Positions 1 to 12,148 of a stretch of DNA of 64,000 nt are shown piece by piece; within the stretch, counting starts at the first letter, position 1; each line of letters starts with the position of its first letter. Position numbers and translations under genes: made by a program. Source of the stretch: Mytilus californianus (lineage: Eukaryota); the NCBI RefSeq assembly GCF_021869535.1, contig NW_026262723.1, forward strand, positions 63,922,001-63,986,000. Direction: 5' to 3'. The notes beneath the pieces were generated by a model. The model made no database searches. It saw only the letters and a program-made list of their open reading frames with translations, and had not been told where the DNA came from.

Positions 1-372
1 TTGCATTAAATGTAGTGTTACTTTGCGTTTGTGGCAACATGGAATTAACACTCTGCGACCGGTTTGTCAGTGCTGGTCTTAAAGTTAGATCTGATGTATT
101 TGCGTCCTTTCCTTGTATTACACCAGTACTTCTGAGAATTGTAACAACAGTTTGTGTGATGATTGGTGCTGCAACATTTTATGTCATTGTAAGGTACATC
201 CACCCCAGATCAGAACTGCCTATGTTTCCCATTAACTTGCCCAGCCTCCGCCTTTTACGAGTACTTGTTTTATGTAATTGCAAAGTCCTCTGATGAGGGA
301 AAAGCTGAAAGAGAATGTAAAATGTGCACTAATCAAAAATACAATATGTACATAAGCACAACAAATTTATAT

Positions 373-2932
373 AAGTGCCATATGCTCTGTTCATTGCTCA
401 TCAAAGCACCATTTGTACTAGAGCATCATTAAATTATCTAAATGCTTTATGACCATGCACTGCTCATCAAAGCATAATTTGTACTAGAGCATCATTAAAT
501 TATCTAAGTGCCATATGCACCATGCGCTTTCATCAAATCACCATTTGTACTAGAGCATCATTAAATTATCTAAATGCCATATGCACCATGCACTGCACAT
601 CAAAGCACCATTTGCACTAGAGCATCATAAATTAGTATATAAGTGCTATATGTACCATGCACTGCTCATCAAAGCACCATTTGTACTAGAGCATCATAAA
701 TTGATATAAGTGCAATATTCACCATGCATGGCTCATCAAAGCACCATTTGTACTAAAGCATCAATAAATTATCTAAGTGCCATATGACCATGCACTGCTC
801 ATCAAATCAACCATTTGTACTGGAGCACATTAATTCAACTTTATGTCATATTCACCATGCACTGCTCATCAGAGCACCATTTGTACTAGAGCACCATCAA
901 TTAATAAGTGTCATATGCACCATGCATTGCCCATCAAAGCACCATTTGTACTAGAACATCATAAATTAATATAAGTGCCATATGCACTATTCATTGCTCC
1001 TCAAAGCACCATTTGTACTAGAGCATTATAAATAGTATAAGTGCCATATACACCATGCACCACTCATCAAAGCACCATTTGTACTAGAGTAAGTGCCATA
1101 TGACCATGCACTGCTCGTCAAAGCACCATTTGTACTAGAGCATCATTAATTCATCGTTATGTTATATTCAACATGCACTGCTCATCAAAGCATCATTTGT
1201 ACTAGAGCATTATAAATCAATAAAGTGCCCATGCATTGCTCATCAAAGCATCATTTGTACTAGAGCATCATAAATTAGTATTAGTGCCATATGACCATGC
1301 ACTGCACATCAAAGCACCATTTGTACTAGAGCAAGTGCCATATGACCACACATTGCTCATCAAAGCACCATTTGTACTAGAGCATCATAAATTAGTATTA
1401 GTGTCATATGACCATGCACTGCTCATCAAAGCACCATTTGTACTAGAACATCATTAAATTATCTAAGTGCCATATGACCATGTACTGCTCATCAAAGCAC
1501 CATTTGTACTAGACCAAGTGCCATATGACCATGCACTGCTAATCAAAGCACCATTTTTGCTAGAGCATCATTAAATTATCTAAGTGCCATATGACCATGC
1601 ACTGCTCATCAAAACACCATTTGTACTAGAGCAATTGCCATATGACCATGCATTGCTCATCAAAGCACCATATGTGCTAGAGCATCATAAATTAGTTTTA
1701 GTGCCATATGACCATGCACTGCTCATCAAAGCACCATTTGTACTAGAGCAAGTGCCATATGACCATGCATTGCTCATCAAAGCACCATTTGTACTAGAGC
1801 ATCATAAATTAGTATTAGTGCCATATGACCATGCACTGCTCATCAAAGCACCATTTGTACTAGAGCAAGTGCCATATGACCATGCACTGCTCATCAAAGC
1901 ACAATTGTACTAGAGCATCATTAAATTATCTAAGTGCCATATGACCATGTTCTGCTAATCAAAGCACCATTTGTACTAGAGCAAGTGCCATATGACCATG
2001 CACTGCTCATCAAAGCACCATTTGTACTAGAGCATCATTAAATTATTTAAGTGCCATATGACCATGCACTGCTCATCAAAGCACCATTTGTACTAGAGCA
2101 TCATTAAATTATTTAAGTGCCATATGACCATGCACTGCTCATCAAAGCACCATTTGTACTAGAGCAATTGCCATATGACCATACATTGCTCATCAAAGCA
2201 CCATTTGTACTAGAGCATCATAAATTCTTATTAGTGCCATATGACCATGCACTGCTCATCAAAGCACCATTTGTACTAGAGCAAGTGCCATATGACCATG
2301 CATTGCTCATCAAAGCACCATTTGTACTAGAGCATCATAAATTAGTATTAGTGCCATATGACCATGCACTGCTCATCAAAGCACCATTTGTACTAGAGCA
2401 AGTGCCATATGACCATGCACTGCTCATCAAAGCACCATTTGTACTAGAGCATCATTAAATTATCTAAGTGCCATATGACCATGTACTGCTCATCAAAGCA
2501 CCATTCGTACTAAAGCATCATTAAATTATCTAAGTGCCATATGACCATGCACTGCTCATCAAAGCACCATTTGAACTAGAGCAATTGCCATATGACCATG
2601 CGTTGCTCATCAAAGCACCATTTGTACTAGAGCATCATAAATTAGTATTAGTGCCATATGACCATGCACTGCTCATCAAAGCACCATTTGTACTAGAGCA
2701 TGTGCCATATGACCATGCATTGCTCATCAAAGCACCATTTGTACTAGAGCATCATAAATTAGTATTAGTGCCATATGACCATGTACTGCTCATCAAAGCA
2801 CCATTTGTACTAGAGCAAGTGCCATATGACCATGCACTGCTCATCAAAGCACCATTTGTACTAGAGCATCATTAAATTATCTAAGTACCATATGACCATG
2901 CACTGCTCATCAAAGCACCATTTGTACTAGAG
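373..2932 (+). repeat. Tandem satellite of 51-bp and 66-bp related units with higher-order structure
   Basis: Core AAGTGCCATATGACCATGCACTGCTCATCAAAGCACCATTTGTACTAGAGC (51 bp) repeated with or without a 15-bp tail (ATCATAAATTAGTAT-type or ATCATTAAATTATCT). Left units are more diverged and slightly longer. Confidence 0.97.
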
Positions 2933-3521
2933 AGACATTGATTGTCGAAATGCGCATCTGGATTCAGAAAAATTGGTACCGTTTATGTTATTAAATACAT
3001 TTTGGATCTAAAACTTTTAATTTTATAACAATCTGGGATGTTACACATATTAAATTACCTTGTTAACATTAATCATAGCCATAACAAAAAAAACAGGGGA
3101 CAATGCTTTATTTTGGTCAAGGTATAGGGGATGATAAAACATTTCGGAGGAATTGCATTGATGGAATCAAAATGATTTCAAAGCCACATTATCAAAATGA
3201 CCTGCCCCTCCTTTCCCGGGTAAAAATTAATAAATCACTAAGTTACAAATTGTTCTACATATGTTGTATACGAACACAGACATGGTATATCGGAGTTTTT
3301 TTTTTATTTGAATGCAGATGCCTGGTGTAGTATCGACTTCTGTTAATAAATGCAAGGTCTAACTTAAATTCTATAATCTGCTATGTTCAGTACAGTCAAA
3401 TTAAATGTGTATATGTTTTATATGCATATGTGTCTTTATAAACTAGTATATACATATACATGTATAGTAAAAGGCTTGATTATTAGGAACAAGTCAATAA
3501 ATAATAGCAAAATATAATTAT

Positions 3522-3701
3522 TTAATTCATAAGTTTCCAAATATGTTTAGCGACATCTTTTGCGGTCTTCTTCAGATCACTTATTTCAAAGTCAATATCA
3601 GTCTGAAATCTATCCACACTTCCCTGGACACTGTATGTCATAAATGCCTTGGAAAAAGCAATTCGGTTCTCTGTTTTAATTGATAAAGGGTCGTACTCAA
3701 C
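3522..3701 (-). CDS. G1 exon 6 (terminal)
   Basis: tacag|GTT; VEYDPLSIKTENRIAFSKAFMTYSVQGSVDRFQTDIDFEISDLKKTAKDVAKHIWKLMN*; homologous to the terminal exons of G2-G4. Confidence 0.9.
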   Translation of the reverse strand, partial: VEYDPLSIKTENRIAFSKAFMTYSVQGSVDRFQTDIDFEISDLKKTAKDVAKHIWKLMN

Positions 3702-6700
3702 CTGTAATTACAAATTCATAATAATTATCATGCATGTAAAAAAAATTTGACAAGTCAATTTGTTTAAATTCAAATATAATGAAATCTATTTATTGCATGA
3801 TAGTATAAACCATGGTCGCCTAAGAGGCAGGATGACCAAGTAGTTTATATACCATGCCATAGTGGAAATATTTAAAGAGCGATTTTTCGCGTTTTTTTTG
3901 TTGCACTCGTGAAATTTTTCAAATATTTTTGCAAGTATATCCATAAAAAGAATTGTATTCAGACTAAGAATACCCTTTGCTGTTGAAGCAAGTCGTTAAT
4001 AATATATGTTTTATTGTAAATTTGTAATAAAGGATAGCATAAACAGAGACACATAGATGAACTTTAGGACATTGGGTCGTTGTGAAATATCCTTATAAAA
4101 ATAAAACCCACAAAAATATATAGAAAAGGGGGGGGGCAATGTGAAACGATCGCCATAAAAACGAAATGATGATGAGCTTGAAGCTATGATATATTTCACT
4201 ACGTTTTCATGGTAGGCTGTATTTCTTTCTATTCTATTTTTTTATCCTATATGCTTGATGAACATGGGAACTGGTTGGTTCACAGAATACTTCATCAGAA
4301 ATATAACTTACAAACCGAAGACGGTGTTTGTAAATTATTAACTTCTGAACCTTAAACTTCTTTCTGAAACAATGAATTAATGAAATTTGATATATCAAAG
4401 AACACATATTATTATTAAGATAAACAGCATAATTACTTTTGTTATGAGTTGGCTTTGGATGGTATTTATATAAAGTCCTTGTAAGTATTTGACATGCTCC
4501 AGGGTATTTCGTTGATTGTATATTATACCTTCTCCGCAAACTGTAAAAAAATGTGGACATATTTTTTGGGATGGTACTTTTAAGGGACCAAGAAGTTGAT
4601 GAAAATTTTGATGCAACTACGTTGGAATAGATCAACCAATATTAAGTAACCTTTATAGTGTTCAGTTTATAATTATTTTTTTTAAACTTTTTTGGGTGGA
4701 AGTATTGCATTCGACAAATGTCTTTTTTAGTCTTAAAGTATTTTTTAATTACTTTCTCATCGGCATGTACATGTACCCAACATTCTCTTTTTTCATACTA
4801 AACATATGTTTCGTTCATATTCTGAAATTGATTCGGGCATTGTAAGTGGTGTGGTTGAACTGGCCATGATTGAATAAGTGCAATTTCTCAGTCAATACAT
4901 TATGTTCATAAATTTAAGATTCAATCACTTAACCAAAGTTGACCTAAGTACCCTTTGATTCTTCTATGTTGACATTCTTTAATCAAAACATATAGCTCTA
5001 CGTGAATGTATAATCCTCGACTTTTCAGACGTTCCTGATGTAGTGAATTTAGAATTGTTCTGAACGCATGCAGTGAAATTTAGAATTGTTCCGAACGCAT
5101 TTACATATTTACTTTGATTTTCAAACCAGGGCAGTCCAACATTTACCGCAAAGAAGGATGTTTTTCCTTCAGATGGTACAATTATTAAATGCTACAGCCA
5201 TACATCTACAAATATTTTTAGCGCGATCATGACTTAATTCGGTATATTACAGGTAATTACCTATTGCTAGAATAGTCATTGTGTCATGTGACAGTCGATC
5301 AATTTTACCACAAACCGTACACTGGTCGTCACAGTCACGTTTCTCCACAGACACAGAACGCTTTCCAAATATACCTATAAGATCAAAAGATAATTGTTAA
5401 ATAAGTCGGCAATAACAGCGCTGTTCCTTTGCCTTTTGTGTGTTTTTTGCTGTGCATGTACTGATTTTGTGTCATGGATGGATACCCATATACTTGTTTT
5501 TCTTTTCTTATTTTTACAGACTATAATATTGAAATTGTTTGTTTACGACAAAAATCTCCACATAAGATCTAAATGACAACAACTGCAATCAAGAGTTCTT
5601 TCTTTTTCAGTTACTTATAAATGTTAGTAGCATAAAACTTCTATATTATGTAGATGTGTTGTACAATGTGGATACATTTGATTTTTTTCAAAGATATTCG
5701 CAGTGTCTTCTTCATTTTACCAGGAAAAAGATATCCAAAGCCAGTAAGAACAACACAAAAAACAAATGAACAATTATATTAGTCGTCAGAGATTAACAGA
5801 TGTAGAAACTGAACCAGACGCTCATTTTTACATTAAACAGATACAACGCAACAAGGATTTGTTAGTTCAATGAAAATGTATGCGCCAAAATCTTGTTTTG
5901 CTGATGATATTTTGGTTTATCGATTATGGGTTTCAATATAATACATAAAAAATGGTCCACATTTATCATTTAAGGGCAATAATTTCGATAAAGAGTCGAC
6001 TGAAGGTTTCTCACATTTTACTCATTTGCAGATCGTGTCTTGCTGATCATTTTTGCAATTTGAGTTTTTCTCTTATCTAAAACAGCAAACAAAAATAAGT
6101 CAAATGCCCGTCTGTTTATTCCTAATAGGAGTTATTGCCCTTCAAATACGGTTTTCACGATTTTTGATTTGCCTATGTCTATAATATCGAAGGCTATAGT
6201 ATAAAGAAATAAACTTAATGGGCAAAAATGAGCAGCTTGAAAAATCTACAAATAAGTCTAATGGCTGAAATTATCAGTCGACCCCCTTTGGAGTTATTGC
6301 CCTTCAGTGACAAGTATTACCTTTTTTTTATGTTTTTGATGAAAACTGTGTAAAGGAGACTTTTTATGCATGACAAGTTGTAAGCCCTTGTGAGAAATCG
6401 TTTTGAGCATGACTAGTTACATGTATAAACCTTTGTAAGAAATATGTAATAGTTATACACCGAGGGATAGGTGTGTCTGGATAAGAAACCCCGTCGGCCG
6501 GAGGCCGGAGGGGTTTCTTATCCAGACACACCGTATCCCGAGTAGTATAACTAACTTACACCCCATTCTAAACCCTATATTTGTTAACATTGATTATTAA
6601 ATGAAAAAAAAAAAAAAAACGATAGCATATTTATTGATAATATCAAACCATGATTTATAAGAATATTTTTTTTTGTTACATGAAACCCCACTAGTAACCT

Positions 6701-9700
6701 TTCTTTGGTTATCTTCGTTCAAACTTTGACAAGTGAGTATATTTTACAAATGTCAAAGTTGTTTTGCATATTACCGTTAAATCCATGTGCTAATATGGAC
6801 CAGCAGGTCAAGGTTGACTGTTTCGTGTATTCTTATTACAAACATAAAAATACATCATGCTCCTGGTATACAGTTGTCAATATGGACGGGTATAAGACGG
6901 ACGACATTTTGTGGCAAGCGTTGGATTTGGTAGAAGAGACTAAAGATAAAGGCAATATTATAACCCAAAGTACTTACCTGTATCAGTCTAATAAAGGTAA
7001 TCATAACTGTATTTTATATCTTACGATGTTATCATAAAACAAAAGCCCTCCCTCCCTCATCTCGAGAATAAACAAACATTCATATTCGAACATACTAAGG
7101 AATAGGTGTGTCAGCATTAGAAACCCGACTACAAGACACGCTCAACATACAATATTTAAAATTGAGGAACTCCCTTTTTTGAGGGGCAATCATGCAGGGG
7201 CTGATCCAGCCGGGGGTTCCCAACTCAAGAGAAAAAGGGGGGGGGGGGGGGGGTACAACCATTCAAATGCATTAATTTTTTAAATAAAAGTCGGGTCCAA
7301 CCCGCGGAACCCCCAACCCCGGATCGGCCACTGGGTAACCGGGGGAGGGGGGTCCGGGAGTTAGAACCCCAATTTTTTTTTTAAAGATCAATGCTTTAGA
7401 ATAGAGACATATGACTGGGATAAAAAAAAATACCTTCAAGCAAAAAAGTATTTGAAGGATTATTTTTGTATTCCATATGGATGTTTATTGGAATTTCCTA
7501 AAATGTGTTTTTTTAATATCATGAAACAATTTGTAGTGAACACTATTAGTAATTTCTTATGTTCATAATCAATTTCTATTGTTACGAATAACAATGGACT
7601 TTGTTTGCGGGATGTAGAAGCAGGGGTTTCCAGAAACCCCGCTCGTCACACCCTGTGGTCAAAATCCATTGTTATTCGTAACAATAGATCTATTCAATTT
7701 ACACTTGTTTCAGAAATAGAAACTATGAAGTATAACAATAGAACTGGGGTGTAAGTTTAATGCATAACTTCACATGGTTTTATAATAACAAACAAACCCT
7801 CGACTATTTTCCTATCCCTCTATTTAACCGAAGCTACAATATAGTAATATTACTATACATCTTGTTATTGCACAATAGGAACCATGATGATTTAATCATT
7901 TGAAGTTTTGTGACACCTTCTGATTATTTTTATTCTGCTTTTAGGAAAATTTGGATTCCGAAGTTTAAAAGTTTAAAGTAAAGTTCAGTTTGATAGTTGA
8001 GGTGTGATGTCGTATTCCTTTGAACCGTGCAAAAAGTCATGCTTAATCATACTTCCATGTCTAATTTTTTAATCAAAGAAAAGAAATCTTTAAATGTTAT
8101 CGTGAATATGTCAACGGTTAAGCACATGTAACAGTTAATGGTTACGAAAGAGATTTTAATAAGCTTAATAAAATTATGCAAACTAATTCGGCGTGTTAAA
8201 CGTTAGCATGTTAAACTTAAAAAACTTTACCAAAATGTTTCTCTTTTATTTGGTGAAATATTCGTGAATAAATATTCCTAGAATAGATATGCATTTGTAA
8301 AGAATGTACGACAACAACAAAAAAAAAACTTCTCAGAATTCTTTTAAATCATTATCACTAAAATAAAAAAAAAAAAAAAAAAATTCTTATATTTTTTTCT
8401 TTAATAATTTAATTTAACAGCAAATAATGATAGATCGTAGCATCAACCTTTGTTTATCAAGCTAGACCAGAAGCTGTAAAAGTGAAACACACAATAAAAA
8501 AAAAACCTGCACAGTCCAACTACCAACCGGATGTCAAGTAGCTTAAACAAGAAAATAAAACAGCACATAGTTTGGAAAGCACTATAAAATTGTGCTCACG
8601 ACTACTAGAAAGCTAACTAAGGTTGATAAAAGGTTGCGATTACTACGACGCTATGGAACCAATGATTATAAATGGTAAACTTAAGTCATCTCGAAATTTT
8701 TACAACCACCGTTATGGCTTGCTTGTACGCAAATTTCTGTCACACATGAGTACGGATAAGTTACATTTGTCGTAGCCACAACCCCTCCCCATTTCCGTGC
8801 AAATTGATACACAAAATGTAATTATTATTTCCTCAGATTTGATCAAGACGCCATGCACTCCACTTATGAAGCAAGATCTGCTTTCCAGGGTAGTTCATCC
8901 CGATTTATTAAGGGTTCATGTGGCTCAATCTGCAGTTTTCTGTGTAGTAATGTTTGGAATGTTGTTGGTCTCTTAAGTCTTTTCTTCCTTCTTTTGGCAA
9001 TGGTATTGTCCTTAAATTCTGATTCCCCCTTGATAAATTATTACATGTTTTTCATTGACCAAGTTTGAGGATTCTAGCAAATACGCATGGAAGAAATCGC
9101 CTTAAATGTATTCAGTGTATTGTATAACTGTGAGTTTACCATTATCACTCTATTCGTAAAAACAGGAACTTTAAATAAACAATTACACAATATGAATTTT
9201 TAAACAATTATATCAATATCTTGTATATTTCTAGATAACCTCCACTGTTAAATTGTCTCGTGGTAGTGCATCCGCCTCATATTAATGTGTCGGGGTATGG
9301 TGACATGTCATCCGGCTGATTTAAAAAATCCGACTCAGCGTTTCAGTCTAGTACAAAGCAGGGTGGATATTCATATTGCATCAACATGTTCTCGTCTTAA
9401 ATACTAATATGCATTTAATTTGCCGCTGGACGTTAAACAGCCATTCATTGTACATCATCATCATCATTATAGCTCTAGATCGTTATTAATAAAGTGTATA
9501 CTCACTATGAAAGGCGTTCCCTATAGTGTTACCGGTATCTATTACAGCATTTCCAGCCACTGAAATACCACCAACCACTATGTTACCAAGATCTGTTAAC
9601 GCATCACCGATACTCGTAAATCCACTTTTGACTTGATCAAGTAAAGTCTGAGCTCCAAGCTGTACCAATGTTTCTAAAATGCTTCCCTGACTACTAAAAT

Positions 9701-11537
9701 CTGGTAATTTGTTAATGTTAACAGTTACAACATCTTTTGAGAGTGATTTTAATTTACCCCCCAGTGACTGCAAATTGGAAGCAATTCCAGAAAATTCATG
9801 CAAGCCTGTCAAACCTGAACCAAGGTGAGAAGATATTTGACCAAGACCTTCAAGGAACAATCCAGATTCTTCTCCTAATAATCCAAGTGCAGCTGGAAGA
9901 GATTTCCCCATTTTGTCCACAAAATTACTCACTTCTAATATCGGTTTAAAGATAGTTGGCATAATCTGTTTTATCGAATTTTGATAATATAACATCTGCG
10001 CGTTGCTAAAAAGTATAAAAGTTCGTTTTTTATTGTACAATCAACTCATTTTTTATATTAAATATATAACATGGTACAATATATATGGTAAGAGTAAGTG
10101 AACGTTATTATCATTGTCGTTGGTTGCTGTCTATAATATATTTCGCTTATTGTTTTGTCCATAAATTAGGCGGTTGGTTTTCTCGTTTGAATTGCTGTAC
10201 ATTTTGTCATGTTGAGACCGTTTATAGCCTATGGCATGTGTTTTGCTTATTGTTGAAGGCCGTGTGTTTATCTATATTTGTTTTTCGTCATTTGGTCTCT
10301 GGTGGATTGTTGTATCATTTGGTGTCTGATGGACTGTTGTCTCATTTGCAATAATACTACATCTTCTTATTTTGTTATCTATCTAAATCCAAATAATTAC
10401 TCCAACAAATACAACTGTGCATATTTCAATGTTACAAACTCGGAGAAGAGTGAGCGGAGTTTATTTCAATTTGTCAAACTCAGGGTAAGAGTGAGCGGAC
10501 TTTATTTCAATGTGTCAAACGAAGGGAAGAGAGAGCGGACTTTATTTCAATGTGTCAAACTCGGGGAAGAATGAGCGGATTTTGTTTTCAATGTGTAAAA
10601 CTCAGGGAAGACTTTAACGGTCTTAAATGCTCATAAAAGACATATCAACACACGTACAGGCTAACTTACCTGTTCATAAAACGTAAAATCATACCACTTA
10701 CTTTCGGCAAACTCCAGCAAGGCATTGTTGGCACTGTTCACCAGTGCTGTTTAACTTCGTTTCACACTCTTTGGAAGAGGAAAGCTGGACATAGTTTGTC
10801 TCATTTATTTTGCTAAGTATATAAAACAGTATCTCTCTTCTCACGTAGGTATCAAATTCTAAATATAAATTAAAAGAACAATTAGTTGATTAAAGGCTAC
10901 AATAAAAAAAAATGAACGATTTTTGATTTATGTCAAAAGAATATTATAGAGAGTAGAATTTTAGATTTGACGATGTTCCTTGATTTTGTTTTTTACTTTT
11001 TTTTCGGAATTTTCTGGTTTTATCCATGGAGTAAAAAATATGCCCGCTAACACTACTTTTCTTTTCATAATTTTATTACATATAATTTTAAAACCATTTT
11101 TTAAAATCTTACAAAATTCTTGTAATTTTGTCATACCTTTTGAAAGAAAAAGGTGCCAGTGGTTTATGTATCAAAAACCTATGGAGAACTATTTCCCGCC
11201 AACTTTTCAATATCTTATATCTCAATAGCAAGGACCGGTCCTTTCATTTTTTCTGCTTTTCTGGTTCCGTTATTCATATACTATCAATTTATAACAGTCT
11301 TTTAAAAAGCTTGTTATTTTGAAGCAGAGTAGCGAACATCCTTTTGTATATATGTAAGTACGTTTATCGAATCACCCATGAAAGTATGAACTTAAAGAGA
11401 AAGCAAGTGCTTATAATAAATAACTTACTTTGTGTACTATTTGTGTCCAAAGTTGCAAGTGTTAGGACTTTTTGTCTTCTCTCACATGAAACCATTAACG
11501 ATGTACTAAGTAAAACTAATAAAATAGTAAACGCCAT
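3522..11537 (-). CDS. G1: secreted Cys4-amphipathic cassette-GKR-Cys4 precursor, 6 exons, 387 aa (unnamed family)
   Basis: join(11537-11429,10858-10702,10005-9506,5374-5261,4540-4437,3701-3522) = 1164 nt. All GT-AG, phases 1,2,1,1,0, open frame throughout, colinear with G2-G4. Confidence 0.9.
4437..4540 (-). CDS. G1 exon 5
   Basis: 104 nt as in all paralogs; (V)CGEGIIYNQRNTLEHVKYLQGLYINTIQSQLITK|gtaatt. Confidence 0.9.
5261..5374 (-). CDS. G1 exon 4
   Basis: ttatag|GT; (S)IFGKRSVSVEKRDCDDQCTVCGKIDRLSHDTMTILAI|gtaatt; CX3CX2C motif. Confidence 0.88.
6452..6551. mobile_element. Palindromic foldback element (MITE-like), G1 intron 3
   Basis: Perfect 23-bp inverted repeat GGTGTGTCTGGATAAGAAACCCC (6470-6492 / 6510-6532) around a CGGCC-GGA-GGCCG inner hairpin, with imperfect outer arms. 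Confidence 0.75.
7195..7333. mobile_element. Small G-rich MITE-like element
   Basis: Degenerate CAGGGGCTGATCCAG ... CCGGATCGGCCACTG terminal inverted repeats with an internal poly-G run. Confidence 0.4.
7575..7688. mobile_element. Foldback element with 24-bp TIRs
   Basis: TCTATTGTTACGAATAACAATGGA (7575-7598) is the exact reverse complement of 7665-7688; central GGGGTTTC-CA-GAAACCCC hairpin. Confidence 0.75.
9250..9470 (+). mobile_element. Degenerate bivalve tRNA-SINE (Meta/V-SINE type) with (CAT)n tail
   Basis: Shares AATCCGACTCAGCGT..GTCTA(G/A)TACAAAGCAGGG..TATGCATTTAATTTGCCG..CGTTAA and a CAT-repeat tail with 35412-35657. Family assignment from recall. Confidence 0.55.
9506..10005 (-). 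CDS. G1 exon 3 (Gly/Leu/Ser amphipathic cassette)
   Basis: tttttag|C AAC GCG ... TTT CAT A|gtgagt; 500 nt, phase 2-1; inside ORF 9486-10040. Confidence 0.92.
10423..10612 (+). repeat. Minisatellite, about 40-41 bp x about 4.5, G1 intron 2
   Basis: ATTTCAATGTGTCAAACTCGGGGAAGAGTGAGCGGACTTT-like units in tandem. Confidence 0.85.
10702..10858 (-). CDS. G1 exon 2
   Basis: 157 nt; (K)FDTYVRREILFYILSKINETNYVQLSSSKECETKLNSTGEQCQQCLAGVCR; CX10CX2CX4C. Confidence 0.9.
11429..11537 (-). CDS. G1 exon 1 (signal peptide)
   Basis: MAFTILLVLLSTSLMVSCERRQKVLTLATLDTNSTQ then A|gtaagt, phase 1. Confidence 0.88.
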
Positions 11538-11744
11538 CTTAACAGTTGTACAAAGTAAATGTATATACGATAATAAGTGGTAATTCTTATCTCTCCGGAC
11601 TCTCTAGAGTTTAACAGTTTATCAGGGAAATTACATAATGTGGTCAGTTGGTGTCGAATTGAACGAATCTACCATTCTATAGAAATTTATGGCTGAGATA
11701 ACAATTACGCAATAAGCTGATAATCAGTTACTATAAATGCATTC

Positions 11745-12148
11745 GTTCAGTGTATGTTTACCTGTTTTTGTTTATATGTCTCTTTGATCGAGTTAAGTCA
11801 TTTCAATTGATATTTTTATGTTGTAATGTTACACTACTGTTTCAGGTTAGGGTGAAGGTTGGCGCCTGTTAAAACGTTTAAACCCGCATCATTTGTATGT
11901 ACCTGTCCTAAATCAGGAGCCTGTTGTTCAGTGGTTGTCGTTTGTTGATGTGGTTCATAAGTCTTTCTCGTTTCTCGTTTTTTATATAGATTAGACCGTT
12001 GGTTTTCCTATTGTTTTACACTAGTCATTTTGGGACCCTTTATAGCTTGTTGTTCGGTGTGAGCCAAGGCTTTGTGTTGAAGGCCGTACTTTGACCTAGA
12101 ATTGTTTACTTTTTACACATTGTGACTTGGATGGAGAGTTGTCTCATT
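11745..12148 (+). mobile_element. Interspersed repeat family A (probable Penelope-like 3' end)
   Basis: CCTGTCCTAA(A/G)TCAGGA..GTTCATAAG..TATATAGATTAGACCGTTGGTTTT..GGATGGAGAGTTGTCTCATT; same as 15066-15331 and 61330-61739. Confidence 0.8.

Noticed and set aside
1-305. Minus-strand frame open for about 100 codons apart from one stop (STRKRRR..., Ser/Thr-rich), and plus-strand ORF 15-293
   Set aside because: No recognisable motif or family similarity and truncated by the window edge; could be decayed transposon ORF but unsupported.
289-312. CTGATGA-GGGAAAAGCT-GAAA hammerhead-like string
   Set aside because: No convincing stems I/III or cleavage triplet; probably chance.
1236-2875. His/Leu-rich repeat ORFs (PYDHALLIKAPFVLE)n
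   Set aside because: By-product of 51- and 66-bp satellite units. One unit type carries TAA, older units are frameshifted, and there is no signal peptide or splice context. It is not a CRISPR array either: no unique spacers, eukaryotic context.
4234-4635. 133-aa ORF overlapping G1 exon 5
   Set aside because: Different frame from the conserved CG...ITK exon; AT-rich intron read-through.
8930-9010. Minus-strand AKRRKKRLKR stretch as a candidate G1 exon 4
   Set aside because: It is a decayed family-B repeat with no Cys motif; the true exon 4 is 5374-5261.
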